Below, one piece after another: positions 8,585-18,773 of a stretch of DNA of 64,000 bases; the stretch's first letter is position 1; each line of letters begins with the position of its first letter. The notes under the pieces were generated by a model. That model was given only the letters and a program-made list of their open reading frames with translations. It was not told where the DNA came from and did no database searches. This DNA is from Pseudomonadota bacterium (GTDB lineage: Bacteria > UBA10199 > 2-02-FULL-44-16 > JBDRGF01): the NCBI GenBank assembly GCA_043818055.1, contig JBDRGF010000159.1, positions 1 to 64,000 on the forward strand. The letters are read 5' to 3'. Both the position numbers and the translations under genes were made by a program.

Positions 8585-9760
8585 TCATTTAGTTGCATTA
8601 TTGAGTATGTCTTTTACTATCCCAATTACACAATTAATATCATCTTCTTCAAGCGTGGGATGGACAAGTAATGCTATAGATGTCTCTCCCAATTCTTTAG
8701 CAATAGCAAGTCTTTCTTTACAAAATCGCTTAAACGGCGCTTCCATATAGACCTCGGGGCATGAGCCACTATTGCAAGGTATTCCCACCTCGACCAATTC
8801 TTTGATAATCCTATTGCGCGACCAACTCTGTTTTAGGTTTTCTGGGCGCACAAAGACATAATACCTGTAGTAGGCATGAAAATATTTATCAGATGGAATT
8901 GTAACCCTGAAAACAGGACTATCGCAAAAAGCATCATTCAACATTTGAGCAAATTTTCTACGTTTATCAACCCACGAAGAAAGTTTCCTAAGTTGAATTC
9001 TTCCAATCGCAGCCTGCACTTCAGTTAACCTGTAGTTCGTACCGAACGACTCCACAACCCACTGGAACCCCACTTCATTAGGTTTGTTGAATATGCGTCC
9101 GTAATCTTTGCCATGGTCTTTATAACTCCACGCTTTTTCCCATATCATCTTATTACTTGTAACCAGTAAACCGCCTTCTCCACCAGTTGTAATTATCTTA
9201 TCCTGACAAAATGAAAATACAGAAATGTCCCCGAAGCTTCCAACAGGTTTGCCATTATATCTTGCTCCATGAGCTTGTGCACAATCTTCCACAAGAAAGA
9301 GATGATTATCGTCACAAAATTGCCGCAATTCCTCCAATTCACATGGCCACCCTGCAAGATGAACCGCAATGATAACCTTGGTACTCGCAGTCACAGCTTT
9401 TTTAACTGAATCTAACGTAATATTCTGCGTATCCTGATCTACATCAACAAATATAGGGATAGCCCCTCGTAAAGCAATGCAACTTGCTGACGCTACAAAT
9501 GATCTTGGTGTTACAATTATTTCGTCTCCCGGCCCGATTCCAAGCACGGCCAATGCAAGATCTAAGGCAACACTTCCATTTGCAAGTGCGATAGCGTGCT
9601 CAACACCTAGATAAGCAGAATACTCATTTTCAAACTGCGTCACTTCTTGGCCAGTCCACTGATTGATTTTACCGGAACGAAGCACTTCCACGACTTTATT
9701 TATCTCATCCTCATCAAAATTAGGCCAATTCTTAATATTATTTATATTCATAGAATCCAA
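8585..9760 (-). CDS. DegT/DnrJ/EryC1/StrS aminotransferase (PglE-like)
   Basis: EDCAQAHGA and SFCQDKIITTGGEGG. Confidence 0.9.
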   Translation of the reverse strand: MDSMNINNIKNWPNFDEDEINKVVEVLRSGKINQWTGQEVTQFENEYSAYLGVEHAIALANGSVALDLALAVLGIGPGDEIIVTPRSFVASASCIALRGAIPIFVDVDQDTQNITLDSVKKAVTASTKVIIAVHLAGWPCELEELRQFCDDNHLFLVEDCAQAHGARYNGKPVGSFGDISVFSFCQDKIITTGGEGGLLVTSNKMIWEKAWSYKDHGKDYGRIFNKPNEVGFQWVVESFGTNYRLTEVQAAIGRIQLRKLSSWVDKRRKFAQMLNDAFCDSPVFRVTIPSDKYFHAYYRYYVFVRPENLKQSWSRNRIIKELVEVGIPCNSGSCPEVYMEAPFKRFCKERLAIAKELGETSIALLVHPTLEEDDINCVIGIVKDILNNATK

Positions 9761-10595
9761 TTCCTACCTTTTTACCTAATTTTCCAAGGCTGATATAATC
9801 ACCAAGCAACTCACATGGTCTAAATTTTTCTTCCTTGAGATTATGATGTAATACACTCAAAATCGACGATACAGTATCAAGCCCTATCAAATCAGCGAGA
9901 GCAAGGGGACCCATCGGAAGATTACACGACAACTTCATGCCAAGATCAATATCTCCAATATTTGCAATGCCAGAATGAAAAACGTGAATGGCCTCGTTTA
10001 TCATAGGCATTAGTATTCTATTTATGATAAAACCCGGTGAATCCTTTACTACAATTTTTTCTTTTCCAATTTTATCTATAAGCATTGAAACCTGCTGAAA
10101 TGTCTCATCACTAGTATATGTACCTTTGATTACTTCAACACATTTCATAACAGGGACAGGATTCATAAAATGCATTCCAATAACTTTGTCAGCCCTGCTT
10201 GCTGCGCTTGCAATATTTGTTATTGAAAGTGAGGATGTATTTGAAGCGAAAATAACCTTTTTATCCAAAAGAGCGTCAAGCTCAGAAAATATTTTCTTTT
10301 TTAGCAACAGATTTTCAGACACGGCCTCAATAACAATATTCGCCTTTAAAAGAGCACTCATATCAATAGAATATTCAATTCTCTCTACTATTAATGATAG
10401 CTCTTCATTAGAAATTTTACTTTTTCTAAGCAAGTTACTTAGGCCTTTTTTAATTTTTATTAATGATTTCTGACATAACTCATGATTCATATCACATACA
10501 ACGACGTTAAATCCTGACATAGCAAAAACTTGTGCTATTCCACTTCCCATCACTCCTGCACCAATAACTCCAATACAATCAATCTGATCGCTCAT
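9738..10595 (-). CDS. hbd: 3-hydroxybutyryl-CoA dehydrogenase
   Basis: GVIGAGVMGSGIA, ASNTSSLSI, GMHFMNPVPVM, PGFIINRIL and PMGPLALADLIGLD. Confidence 0.9.
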   Translation of the reverse strand: MSDQIDCIGVIGAGVMGSGIAQVFAMSGFNVVVCDMNHELCQKSLIKIKKGLSNLLRKSKISNEELSLIVERIEYSIDMSALLKANIVIEAVSENLLLKKKIFSELDALLDKKVIFASNTSSLSITNIASAASRADKVIGMHFMNPVPVMKCVEVIKGTYTSDETFQQVSMLIDKIGKEKIVVKDSPGFIINRILMPMINEAIHVFHSGIANIGDIDLGMKLSCNLPMGPLALADLIGLDTVSSILSVLHHNLKEEKFRPCELLGDYISLGKLGKKVGIGFYEYK

Positions 10596-10628
10596 GATAT
10601 CTCCTTACTTCCAGCTAATAAAAAATCC

Positions 10629-11291
10629 TTAAAATTTTTCATTTTTAATTACTTTTGCTGGGACACCTACCGCAGTTACCCGGTTTGGAATATCAGAAGT
10701 TACAACCGCACCAGCACCAATAATCACGTGTTCGCCGATGTTAATATTATTAATAATTTTAGTTCCAGTACCAATAAAACTCATCTCACCAATGACAACT
10801 TTGCCAGAAATATTACATGTTGGCATTAGAGATGAATAATCATTTATAATAACATCATGACCTATAGTACAAGAGAGGTTTATAATTACATGTTTTCCTA
10901 TTGTAATATTGGTTGTTAAAATATTCCCAGCACATACTATTGATCCTTCACCAATCTCTACAAATTCTCTAGTGCCTACTATCGCTGATGGGTGAATCAA
11001 TACAGGATATTTTATTTTTGAGTTTTTGATATTATTCAATACATTGATTTTATTTGTTGGAATACCAAGAGCAAAAACCAAATACAAATTGTCAGACCAG
11101 CTATTAAGATCTTCAATATTTCCTATAATTGGATGCCCATTAACCATTTCTCCTTTTTTCCTATTATCATCAAAATATCCTATAAAATCCCATTTTGAAC
11201 CTGCTTCATTTATTTGCATAAGAAGTTGAGCAACCTCTCTACCAAAACCGCCTGCTCCATAAATCGCTATTTGATTCGTATCATTAATCAT
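10629..11291 (-). CDS. Sugar N/O-acyltransferase (NeuD/PglD family, hexapeptide repeats)
   Basis: IYGAGGFGREVA, TIGHD and GVPAK; left-handed beta-helix repeats. Confidence 0.9.
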   Translation of the reverse strand: MINDTNQIAIYGAGGFGREVAQLLMQINEAGSKWDFIGYFDDNRKKGEMVNGHPIIGNIEDLNSWSDNLYLVFALGIPTNKINVLNNIKNSKIKYPVLIHPSAIVGTREFVEIGEGSIVCAGNILTTNITIGKHVIINLSCTIGHDVIINDYSSLMPTCNISGKVVIGEMSFIGTGTKIINNINIGEHVIIGAGAVVTSDIPNRVTAVGVPAKVIKNEKF

Positions 11292-11295
11292 TAAA

Positions 11296-11907
11296 TTAAT
11301 CCTTTATAACACCCTTAAACTCTTCCATCGTAGCATTACCAGGTTGATTAATCCCTTCTCGAATAATTGTTTTAAAAATAGTCTTAATTAAAATTTTTAT
11401 ATCCAAAGAAAAACTCCAATTATCAATATACCATAGATCTAAGATAAATTTTTCTTCCCAATTTATTGCATTCCTACCGTTTATCTGTGCCCAACCAGTA
11501 ATGCCCGGTTTCATTTCATGTCGTCGCGCTTGTTCTTTCGTGTATCGATCTAGATATTCCATCAATAGAGGTCTTGGACCAACCAAACTCATATCCCCTT
11601 TTAGAACATTCCACAATTCGGGCAATTCATCCAAACTCGTTTTTCTTAAAAACTGACCAAATTTTGTAAGACGCTCATCTTCAAACAATAATTTCCCGTT
11701 TTTATCATATTCATCTGACATCGTCCTAAATTTATAAAGCACAAACGGCTTTCCACTCTGTCCGGAACGCATTTGTTTGAAAAAAACCGAACTCCTATTA
11801 AAAACTCTACACATAAGTACCAATAAAATACAAAGTGGTATCCATACAATGGCTAGCAGAACAATCAATAGTATATCTAAAAACCTTTTCAATTGGCTAC
11901 ATCCCAA
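11296..11907 (-). CDS. Undecaprenyl-phosphate sugar-phosphate transferase (PglC-like initiating transferase)
   Basis: KFRTM, SLDELPELWNVLKGDMSLVGPRP and KPGITGWAQINGRN. Confidence 0.92.
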   Translation of the reverse strand: MGCSQLKRFLDILLIVLLAIVWIPLCILLVLMCRVFNRSSVFFKQMRSGQSGKPFVLYKFRTMSDEYDKNGKLLFEDERLTKFGQFLRKTSLDELPELWNVLKGDMSLVGPRPLLMEYLDRYTKEQARRHEMKPGITGWAQINGRNAINWEEKFILDLWYIDNWSFSLDIKILIKTIFKTIIREGINQPGNATMEEFKGVIKD

Positions 11908-13112
11908 CCAAGCATTAATTTTTCAAATTTATCAACACCTGAAGTAAATGATAGAAACTTGTTATAATACTGTGAACCTGACAACCCCATAAGATTCCTC
12001 TCTTCATCGGACATCGACCACAATGTTTCAATAGCTTTGGCCATATCTTTAGGATTTTCGGGAGCACAGACAACCCCAGCACCAGCTTGTTTTACAAGGT
12101 CCCCTGCATCACCTAGAATGGCCATAATAATTGGCTTGCCTATATAAAGATATGCATGCGTCTTTGAAGGAATTGTGACACGAAACAACGGGCTGTCTTT
12201 CAAATGAACAATCAAAGCATCTGAAATTGCAAATATTTCACCCATTAACTCTATCGATCTACTAGGCAGAAACGTAACATTGTCTAGACCCATTTCTATT
12301 TTACGTTGCTCAAGTCTAGACCGATCAAAACCACCTCCAACCAGAAGAAATTGAACATTCGGAAGCGTTTCCATACAAATTCTTGCACAATCAAGTAATG
12401 TATCAAGCCCCTGAACCAACCCCATTGTCCCTGCAAATAAAATAATAAACTTATCAGAAAGTTCTAAATCTTCCACCAAACATGATTTTGACATCTCTTT
12501 CCGAATACTTGATTCATCACACCAATGATAAATCACGTCTATTTTTTCAGGAGAAACACCCTTATTGATAAGGGCACGTTTAATGCCGGGTGATGGCGCA
12601 ACCAACTTATCAGCTTTGCGATAAACCCATTTGCATATTTCATCAAGGATATGTAATGTGAATTTATTATTAAGCAGCCTAGAACTGGCTATAGATTCAG
12701 GCCAAATATCCAAAACATCAATAACAATTTTGGAACCAAAAAGAAACCTAAACAAAAAGGCTGTAGGTGCAAGTGTTACAAGATTGCAAACATAGATAAT
12801 ATCAGGACGACTAACCATCCAAGTGCCAATAAAAAATGCTGAAAATGCAAAACTAAGATAATTAATTGCGCGCCGTAATACAGATCTATCACAACTCGGA
12901 TAAAGAGCGACTCTATTAACTCGTATACCTTCCATTGTTTCGCGTTGAAAGAGACGCACACGATAACCCTGATAGACCTTCCCAGTAGGATAATTTGGAA
13001 AACCCGTCAACACCTCAACCCGATGTCCTCTATCAGTCAGAGCTTTGGCAAACGGCAAACCCTTGAAACACTGTTCAGGTTGAAACCATTGAGAAAGAAA
13101 AAGAATTCGCAT
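11889..13112 (-). CDS. Glycosyltransferase family 4 (WbuB-like)
   Basis: MRILFLSQWFQPE, LTGFPNYPTG and TIPSK motifs. Confidence 0.88.
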   Translation of the reverse strand: MRILFLSQWFQPEQCFKGLPFAKALTDRGHRVEVLTGFPNYPTGKVYQGYRVRLFQRETMEGIRVNRVALYPSCDRSVLRRAINYLSFAFSAFFIGTWMVSRPDIIYVCNLVTLAPTAFLFRFLFGSKIVIDVLDIWPESIASSRLLNNKFTLHILDEICKWVYRKADKLVAPSPGIKRALINKGVSPEKIDVIYHWCDESSIRKEMSKSCLVEDLELSDKFIILFAGTMGLVQGLDTLLDCARICMETLPNVQFLLVGGGFDRSRLEQRKIEMGLDNVTFLPSRSIELMGEIFAISDALIVHLKDSPLFRVTIPSKTHAYLYIGKPIIMAILGDAGDLVKQAGAGVVCAPENPKDMAKAIETLWSMSDEERNLMGLSGSQYYNKFLSFTSGVDKFEKLMLGWDVAN

Positions 13113-13125
13113 TTTACTTATTAGA

Positions 13126-14208
13126 TTAGAAGTAATTCGTTATTGTGCTTCTTAAAGCATTAATTACAACTGATGAGGGACTAGTACTTTCACAAAAATC
13201 ATAATTTGCACTCCATTCCATCTTTACAGCAGTCTCAACCGACTCGGATATATCGATAGGATCGAGTCCAGCGACGATATGTGCACCAGCTTCAACTGTC
13301 TCCGGCCTGTCAGTAGTTTTGCGCAGACTGACACAGGGAACCTTGTAAAACAAACCTTCTTCGGGGGTAGTCCCCGAATCTGAAAGAAGACAAAAAGCAT
13401 TTTTAGTCAAAAAATTATAATCATAAAATCCCAAAGGCTCGATAACCCTGATACCTTTCAGCGCCTGAAGGTTTCCAACTTTGCTCTTTGTCCTTGGATG
13501 CATTGGATAGATAATTTCCTTCTTAAATCTTTCATAAACCAAAGAAAGTCCTTTGAATATCGCCTGAAGAGATTCCATGTCATCCACATTTTCTTTTCTA
13601 TGCGCCGTCACAAGTATATACTGTCCATGCGCAACATCCAATTTCTTTAATATGTGGCTGTTTTCTATTTTATCCTGAAAAGCCCGCATAACTTCAAAAG
13701 TAGTATTACCCGAAACAAATATTTTCGACGGATGAATACCTTCTCTTATCAGATTTTCTCTGTGATATTTGTTAAAGGGAAGCAAAATATCTGATATATG
13801 ATCAATCAAAATACGATTTTTTTGTTCCGGCATTCGTTTATCCCATGCCCGTAAGCCGGCCTCCATGTGAAATATTTTTACTCCTTGATCGGCTGCCGGC
13901 AAAACAGACAACCCACTGTATGTATCCCCCAAAACAATTAAAGCATCCGGCTTTTCCTTTTTAAACAATTCTGCACTTTTTCGTATAACATCAGCAACTT
14001 CATTGCCATATGAGCTCGTATCAATTTGAAGATTGCAATCCGGCTGCCTCAATTCGAGATCTTGAAAAAAGAAATCTTTCAGTTCTTTTGTAAAATTTTG
14101 ATTTGTATGAACCATGATGTGGTCAAAATTAAGACTATCTAGCTTTTTCAATACAGACCACATCTTAATCATCTCAGGCCGTGTTCCCATTATTGTCATT
14201 ACTTTCAT
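13126..14208 (-). CDS. wecB: UDP-N-acetylhexosamine 2-epimerase, non-hydrolysing (WecB/FnlC-like)
   Basis: GTRPEMIK, HMEAGLR, TAHRKEN, SDSG and RPETVEAG. Confidence 0.8.
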   Translation of the reverse strand: MKVMTIMGTRPEMIKMWSVLKKLDSLNFDHIMVHTNQNFTKELKDFFFQDLELRQPDCNLQIDTSSYGNEVADVIRKSAELFKKEKPDALIVLGDTYSGLSVLPAADQGVKIFHMEAGLRAWDKRMPEQKNRILIDHISDILLPFNKYHRENLIREGIHPSKIFVSGNTTFEVMRAFQDKIENSHILKKLDVAHGQYILVTAHRKENVDDMESLQAIFKGLSLVYERFKKEIIYPMHPRTKSKVGNLQALKGIRVIEPLGFYDYNFLTKNAFCLLSDSGTTPEEGLFYKVPCVSLRKTTDRPETVEAGAHIVAGLDPIDISESVETAVKMEWSANYDFCESTSPSSVVINALRSTITNYF

Positions 14209-14240
14209 TCGTTTCTCCTATCATTTATTGGTGAATGTTT

Positions 14241-15527
14241 TTATTCTGATATAATCCTAACCTCCGGCAACGGAACGATAAACTTCCCGCCCTGTTTCAG
14301 ATAGTCTTGTCTCTTTTTGATCACCTCGTCCGCAAAAGCCCAAGCAAACAATACAATATAATCCGGCATTTGAGACTGGGTTACGTGCTCCCAAGTTTTG
14401 ATAGGTAAATGAGTTCCTGGTGTAAAAAATCCTTGTTTGGCAGGCGCATCATCAACCACATAATCAATATATTTTTCATCTATATTACAATAATTCATAA
14501 TGGTCGTTCCCCTTCCCGACGCGCCATATCCAATAATTTTTTTACCTTCTTTTTTTAATCGATCAAGTAGGTTTATAATCTGATTTCTTGTAGAAGAAAC
14601 CCTCTTTGCATATTCTTTGTAAACATTAATATCATTAAATCCCTTTTCTTTCTCAAATGCTATCAAATCAACAACCGCAACTGAAATCTTCTCTTTTCTT
14701 TGACCAATATTTCTTGCATAAAATCTAACAGATCCTGACCTGACACTTGGAATAAATTTTACATCAAAAATTTTCATACCATGCCGTTTTAAAAACGGCA
14801 TCAATGCATGAATAGAATAATAACTCATATGTTCGTGATAGATCATGTCATACTGCATATCCTCTAATAGAGTACCCATATAATAAATTTCAAATATAAA
14901 CACCCCATCATCCTTCAGTAAACACTTTACTCCTTTCATCACATCCACCATATTATCAATATGAGCAAATGAATAGCTGGATAAAATGGCATCTACACGT
15001 CCACACCTCTCTCTAATCTGGATAGCTAACTTTTCAGTAAAGAAATCGTTAATAACCTTAATATTCTTCGAATCGATTTTTTTTACAACATTGGTAGCAG
15101 GATCCACACCGATAGCACGAACTCCAAGCGTGGAAAATGGTTTAAGCAAGACACCATCATTACATCCAATTTCTAATATTGATGGTTGAGGCACGTCTTT
15201 TAGAAAATAATCATAAGTTTCTTGAGCGAACTTTTTGAAATGGTTAACTAATGTTCCTATCGCTGAAGAATAAAAGAAATAGTTTTCGTTGAATAAAACA
15301 TCCCCTGAAACAACTTCTCCCACCTGCACGAGACTACAGTCTTGGCAGAAATTAAGCGTTAGAGGATAACGTTTTTCGTTTGAAAAATCTTTTTCTTTAA
15401 GAAAAGCTCCAGCTAAAGGGACATTTCCCAAATCAAGCACTTTAGTTAAATAAGTCCCATGGCAAAATCGGCAGGTATCACATTTTCTAAACTTCCCAAT
15501 TGAATTATCTTTAGTACTCAACAGCAC
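14241..15527 (-). CDS. NDP-sugar C-methyltransferase (Zn-binding, class I SAM)
   Basis: CRFC...CQDC zinc site; LEIGCNDG, YHEHMSYY, GYGASGRG and GKFIVPLP. Confidence 0.88.
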   Translation of the reverse strand: MLLSTKDNSIGKFRKCDTCRFCHGTYLTKVLDLGNVPLAGAFLKEKDFSNEKRYPLTLNFCQDCSLVQVGEVVSGDVLFNENYFFYSSAIGTLVNHFKKFAQETYDYFLKDVPQPSILEIGCNDGVLLKPFSTLGVRAIGVDPATNVVKKIDSKNIKVINDFFTEKLAIQIRERCGRVDAILSSYSFAHIDNMVDVMKGVKCLLKDDGVFIFEIYYMGTLLEDMQYDMIYHEHMSYYSIHALMPFLKRHGMKIFDVKFIPSVRSGSVRFYARNIGQRKEKISVAVVDLIAFEKEKGFNDINVYKEYAKRVSSTRNQIINLLDRLKKEGKKIIGYGASGRGTTIMNYCNIDEKYIDYVVDDAPAKQGFFTPGTHLPIKTWEHVTQSQMPDYIVLFAWAFADEVIKKRQDYLKQGGKFIVPLPEVRIISE

Positions 15528-15629
15528 CTCCTTTAACCATAAAGTGTGAGCAGGTCACTTATAACAATCAATCAAAAATCTCAACCTTTATTTCTTCGTG
15601 CAATTACGGTTTTTCGAGCTAACTTCTAA

Positions 15630-16364
15630 TTATTTTCCCTTAATTGAATAACCACCATCAATTAAAAAATCTGAACCAGTGATATACCTTGATTCGTCAG
15701 ATGCCAAAAACATTACGAGCGGTGCTATTTCTTCTGGATTAGCTATTCTACCAAGAATAGTGCTATTTTTAATCCGATTAAAAATTTTTTTGTCCCACTT
15801 ATTAACTTGATCGGTTCTAACGTAACCTGGGAGAATAACGTTAAACCGTACACTCGGGTATGCCTTGGCTAGTGCCTTAGTCAGCGATATAATACCGGCT
15901 TTTGCTGGGGCGTACGTTAGCGTACTCATAGTAGCCATGTTTGGATCTCCCTTAATGGAACTAATGTTAATCACACTACTGTTTCCCTTTTCAAGCATTT
16001 TGGGTAGCACTGCCTGTATACAATGAAGCGTACCAAGCACGTTGACTTTGTATTCTTCAATTGCTTTATCATCATCTACTTCCGAAATATCTTTTATCAA
16101 ATTAAGACCAATACCAGCGTTATTTACCAACACATCAATTGTAATAACTTCTTTGAGTAACTCAGAAATTGCCTTGTGTGTGGCACTTTTATCCGATATA
16201 TCAAAAACCGTTTTTAGTGAACCATCTAACTGCTTATGTGTTAGTTCAAGTTCACTACTGTGCGATTTACCGTGAACTATAACCTTATAGCCTTGTTTAT
16301 GGGCAAGCATAGCAACGGCCTTTCCAATACCTCTACTTGAACCTGTAATTAGAATTGTTTTCAT
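15630..16364 (-). CDS. Classical SDR oxidoreductase
   Basis: TGSSRGIG, NNAG, YAPAK (YxxxK) and ITGSDFLIDGG. Confidence 0.88.
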   Translation of the reverse strand: MKTILITGSSRGIGKAVAMLAHKQGYKVIVHGKSHSSELELTHKQLDGSLKTVFDISDKSATHKAISELLKEVITIDVLVNNAGIGLNLIKDISEVDDDKAIEEYKVNVLGTLHCIQAVLPKMLEKGNSSVINISSIKGDPNMATMSTLTYAPAKAGIISLTKALAKAYPSVRFNVILPGYVRTDQVNKWDKKIFNRIKNSTILGRIANPEEIAPLVMFLASDESRYITGSDFLIDGGYSIKGK

Positions 16365-16475
16365 CGATCAAAATAATGAATATATTTTGGCATTGTTCAT
16401 AAGACCAATAATGCCACCTTTATCTAGATATTTCTTCAACAAATTACTGTACCATGGTCAAGCATAAAAAATCCG

Positions 16476-17489
16476 CTAACGTAGGGATAATTCGCGTTTT
16501 ACAAAATCAAGCTTTATCAACACCTCTTTAATTTTATCAACCGACAATCTCTCTGCATTATGGGAATTGTAATCATCTCTATGTGACACCTCTTGCTGAC
16601 CATCAATAAAATACTTATTATAGTTCAAATCTCGATCATCTGGAATAATCCTGTAATATTTTCCACAATCCTCAGCTTTCACCAATTCCTCCCGCGTAAG
16701 CAGCGTTTCAAAAAGTTTTTCACCATGACGAGTCCCAATAACTTTTACATCATTATCACATTCGAACAGTTCTTTGAGAGACTGTGCCAAATCACCAATT
16801 GTCGCAGCGGGAGCTTTTTGGACAAATATATCACCTTGTTTTGCATTTTTAAATGCGTATATCACGAGGTCAACCGCATCATCAAGCGACATGAGAAAAC
16901 GCGTCATGTTCGGATCAGTTATGGTCAACGGAGATCCATTTTTTATTTGTTTTATAAAAAGTGGAATTACAGAACCTCTTGAGCCCATCACATTCCCATA
17001 TCTAGTTCCGGACAATACGATTTTATTATCATCTGCCACCCTCGACTTGGCAATCATCAACTTTTCCATCATTGCCTTTGAAATACCCATGGCATTAATT
17101 GGATAAACTGATTTATCGGTACTCAACACTATGACTTTTTGTACCTTTTGAGCTATAGCTGCATTTAAAACATTCTCCGTACCTATAATGTTAGTACGAA
17201 CTGCTTCCATTGGATAAAATTCGCAAGACGGGACCTGCTTCAATGCAGCAGCGTTAAAAATATAATCAACTCCTTCAGCAGCGTCTAAAATGCTATCGTA
17301 ATGTCTGACATCACCAATATAAAATTTAACTTTGTCGTTTTTAAGATCAATGCGCATATCCTCCTGTTTTTTTTCATCACGACTAAAAATTCGTATTTCT
17401 TTTATATCTGTATGCAAAAACCTTTGCATAACGGCATTACCAAAAGAGCCAGTACCACCAGTGATAAGCAATTTTTTACCGGAAAACAT
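16476..17489 (-). CDS. fnlA: UDP-GlcNAc 4,6-dehydratase/5-epimerase (FnlA/WbjB/CapE)
   Basis: LITGGTGSFG, FSRDEKKQ, AAALKQVPSCEFYPMEAV and YPINAMGISKAMMEK. Confidence 0.9.
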   Translation of the reverse strand: MFSGKKLLITGGTGSFGNAVMQRFLHTDIKEIRIFSRDEKKQEDMRIDLKNDKVKFYIGDVRHYDSILDAAEGVDYIFNAAALKQVPSCEFYPMEAVRTNIIGTENVLNAAIAQKVQKVIVLSTDKSVYPINAMGISKAMMEKLMIAKSRVADDNKIVLSGTRYGNVMGSRGSVIPLFIKQIKNGSPLTITDPNMTRFLMSLDDAVDLVIYAFKNAKQGDIFVQKAPAATIGDLAQSLKELFECDNDVKVIGTRHGEKLFETLLTREELVKAEDCGKYYRIIPDDRDLNYNKYFIDGQQEVSHRDDYNSHNAERLSVDKIKEVLIKLDFVKRELSLR

Positions 17490-18755
17490 TTAGCACCTCA
17501 CAGGTAACTGATTTGAATTAGGCGCCTCTTTCTCCAAAGGCGCAGACTTGAAAGCCTTACACAAAACAATTGACAAAATCAACATGCCAGTTGATGAAAA
17601 AATAAGTGGATTGAGGGCACCTATAAGTAAATAACTAGCATAAGCAACAAGCAAGTATCGTGCCGAATAATACGCTTTATATCTTATAAATGGGTATGCC
17701 AGCATCACGAAATAGAAAACTGAAAATATCAATCCATAATTTCTGATTAACTCTACATATGTCAGCTCTACAATAGATAAATACTGCCCTCTGCCTGCCA
17801 CATAAAATCTAGCCCCAAGTCCTTGCCCAACCAGTAAATTCTTCAGACTTTCAAACACAACTGAGTAATCATTTAAAAAACTTATTTTTAATGCGTTAGA
17901 TGATTCCTTCATTGATAGCGCGTCTAGGAGCACATCTTTTATTAAAACACTAACAATTATTAAAAAAACAAATAGGATACTTATGACAAAAAGTTTCTTC
18001 TTTGTATATGTAAACCATGTGGCAAGAGGTGTTAAAACACACAGCATAATACTACTCCTTGTTCCAACAATAAACATAGCAAAAACATTAACAAAAAGAA
18101 TAAACATTGCGCCCATTTTTGCAAAGCCTTTTTTTTTCATAAACTGATAAGTAAAATATGCAATCGGTATTACCAGTAATGGCGAAGTGTAGATATCTAC
18201 CGTCAGGTAATCATAGCCCCCGTAACTACGCATGCTCCCACCAAGCATACCATACTGTTCACCGAAATCCCACACTGCCAAACCATCAACAATCTTATAC
18301 TTTACGACGAACAATATCGCAATCATTGCCATGGACAATAATGTCAAAATAACGCTCAACGTCCTGGTAAGATCGATATTCTCTGTGAACAATATGAATA
18401 TAAGTGAAAGGAAAAGATATGCCTTAAAATATCCAAAACCGTCGTAGTTTGCCAGTGTTTGGTTGCTTACCGCAAAATTAAATATCGACAGAACCGGCAG
18501 GACAAGACTGAACAACATAAAATAAATGACCATGGAAAAAGGAACATTTAACATGCCCTTGTCACATAGATGTTTCATTATAAAAACCAACCATGTAAGA
18601 ACGAACAGCGGCACTTTTAAATGAAATAGTTTATCAGCGGGATCAAAAACACATACGAACACGAGCAATACTATCACGATATGCAAGATCTTACTTAAAA
18701 CATTATCACCTGCAATTTCTATAGAATCGTTATTTATACAAGTGCAATTTTTCAT
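17490..18755 (-). CDS. Putative O-antigen polymerase Wzy
   Basis: About 10-12 TM segments; GTRS and LLVGQGLG loop motifs; located in a Wzx locus. Confidence 0.65.
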   Translation of the reverse strand: MKNCTCINNDSIEIAGDNVLSKILHIVIVLLVFVCVFDPADKLFHLKVPLFVLTWLVFIMKHLCDKGMLNVPFSMVIYFMLFSLVLPVLSIFNFAVSNQTLANYDGFGYFKAYLFLSLIFILFTENIDLTRTLSVILTLLSMAMIAILFVVKYKIVDGLAVWDFGEQYGMLGGSMRSYGGYDYLTVDIYTSPLLVIPIAYFTYQFMKKKGFAKMGAMFILFVNVFAMFIVGTRSSIMLCVLTPLATWFTYTKKKLFVISILFVFLIIVSVLIKDVLLDALSMKESSNALKISFLNDYSVVFESLKNLLVGQGLGARFYVAGRGQYLSIVELTYVELIRNYGLIFSVFYFVMLAYPFIRYKAYYSARYLLVAYASYLLIGALNPLIFSSTGMLILSIVLCKAFKSAPLEKEAPNSNQLPVRC

Positions 18756-18773
18756 GATAAAATTTACTGATAG

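Noticed and set aside
16370..16470. Possible C-methyltransferase C-terminal relic (PWYSNLLKKYLDKGGII)
   Set aside because: Too short and degenerate to support without an alignment.
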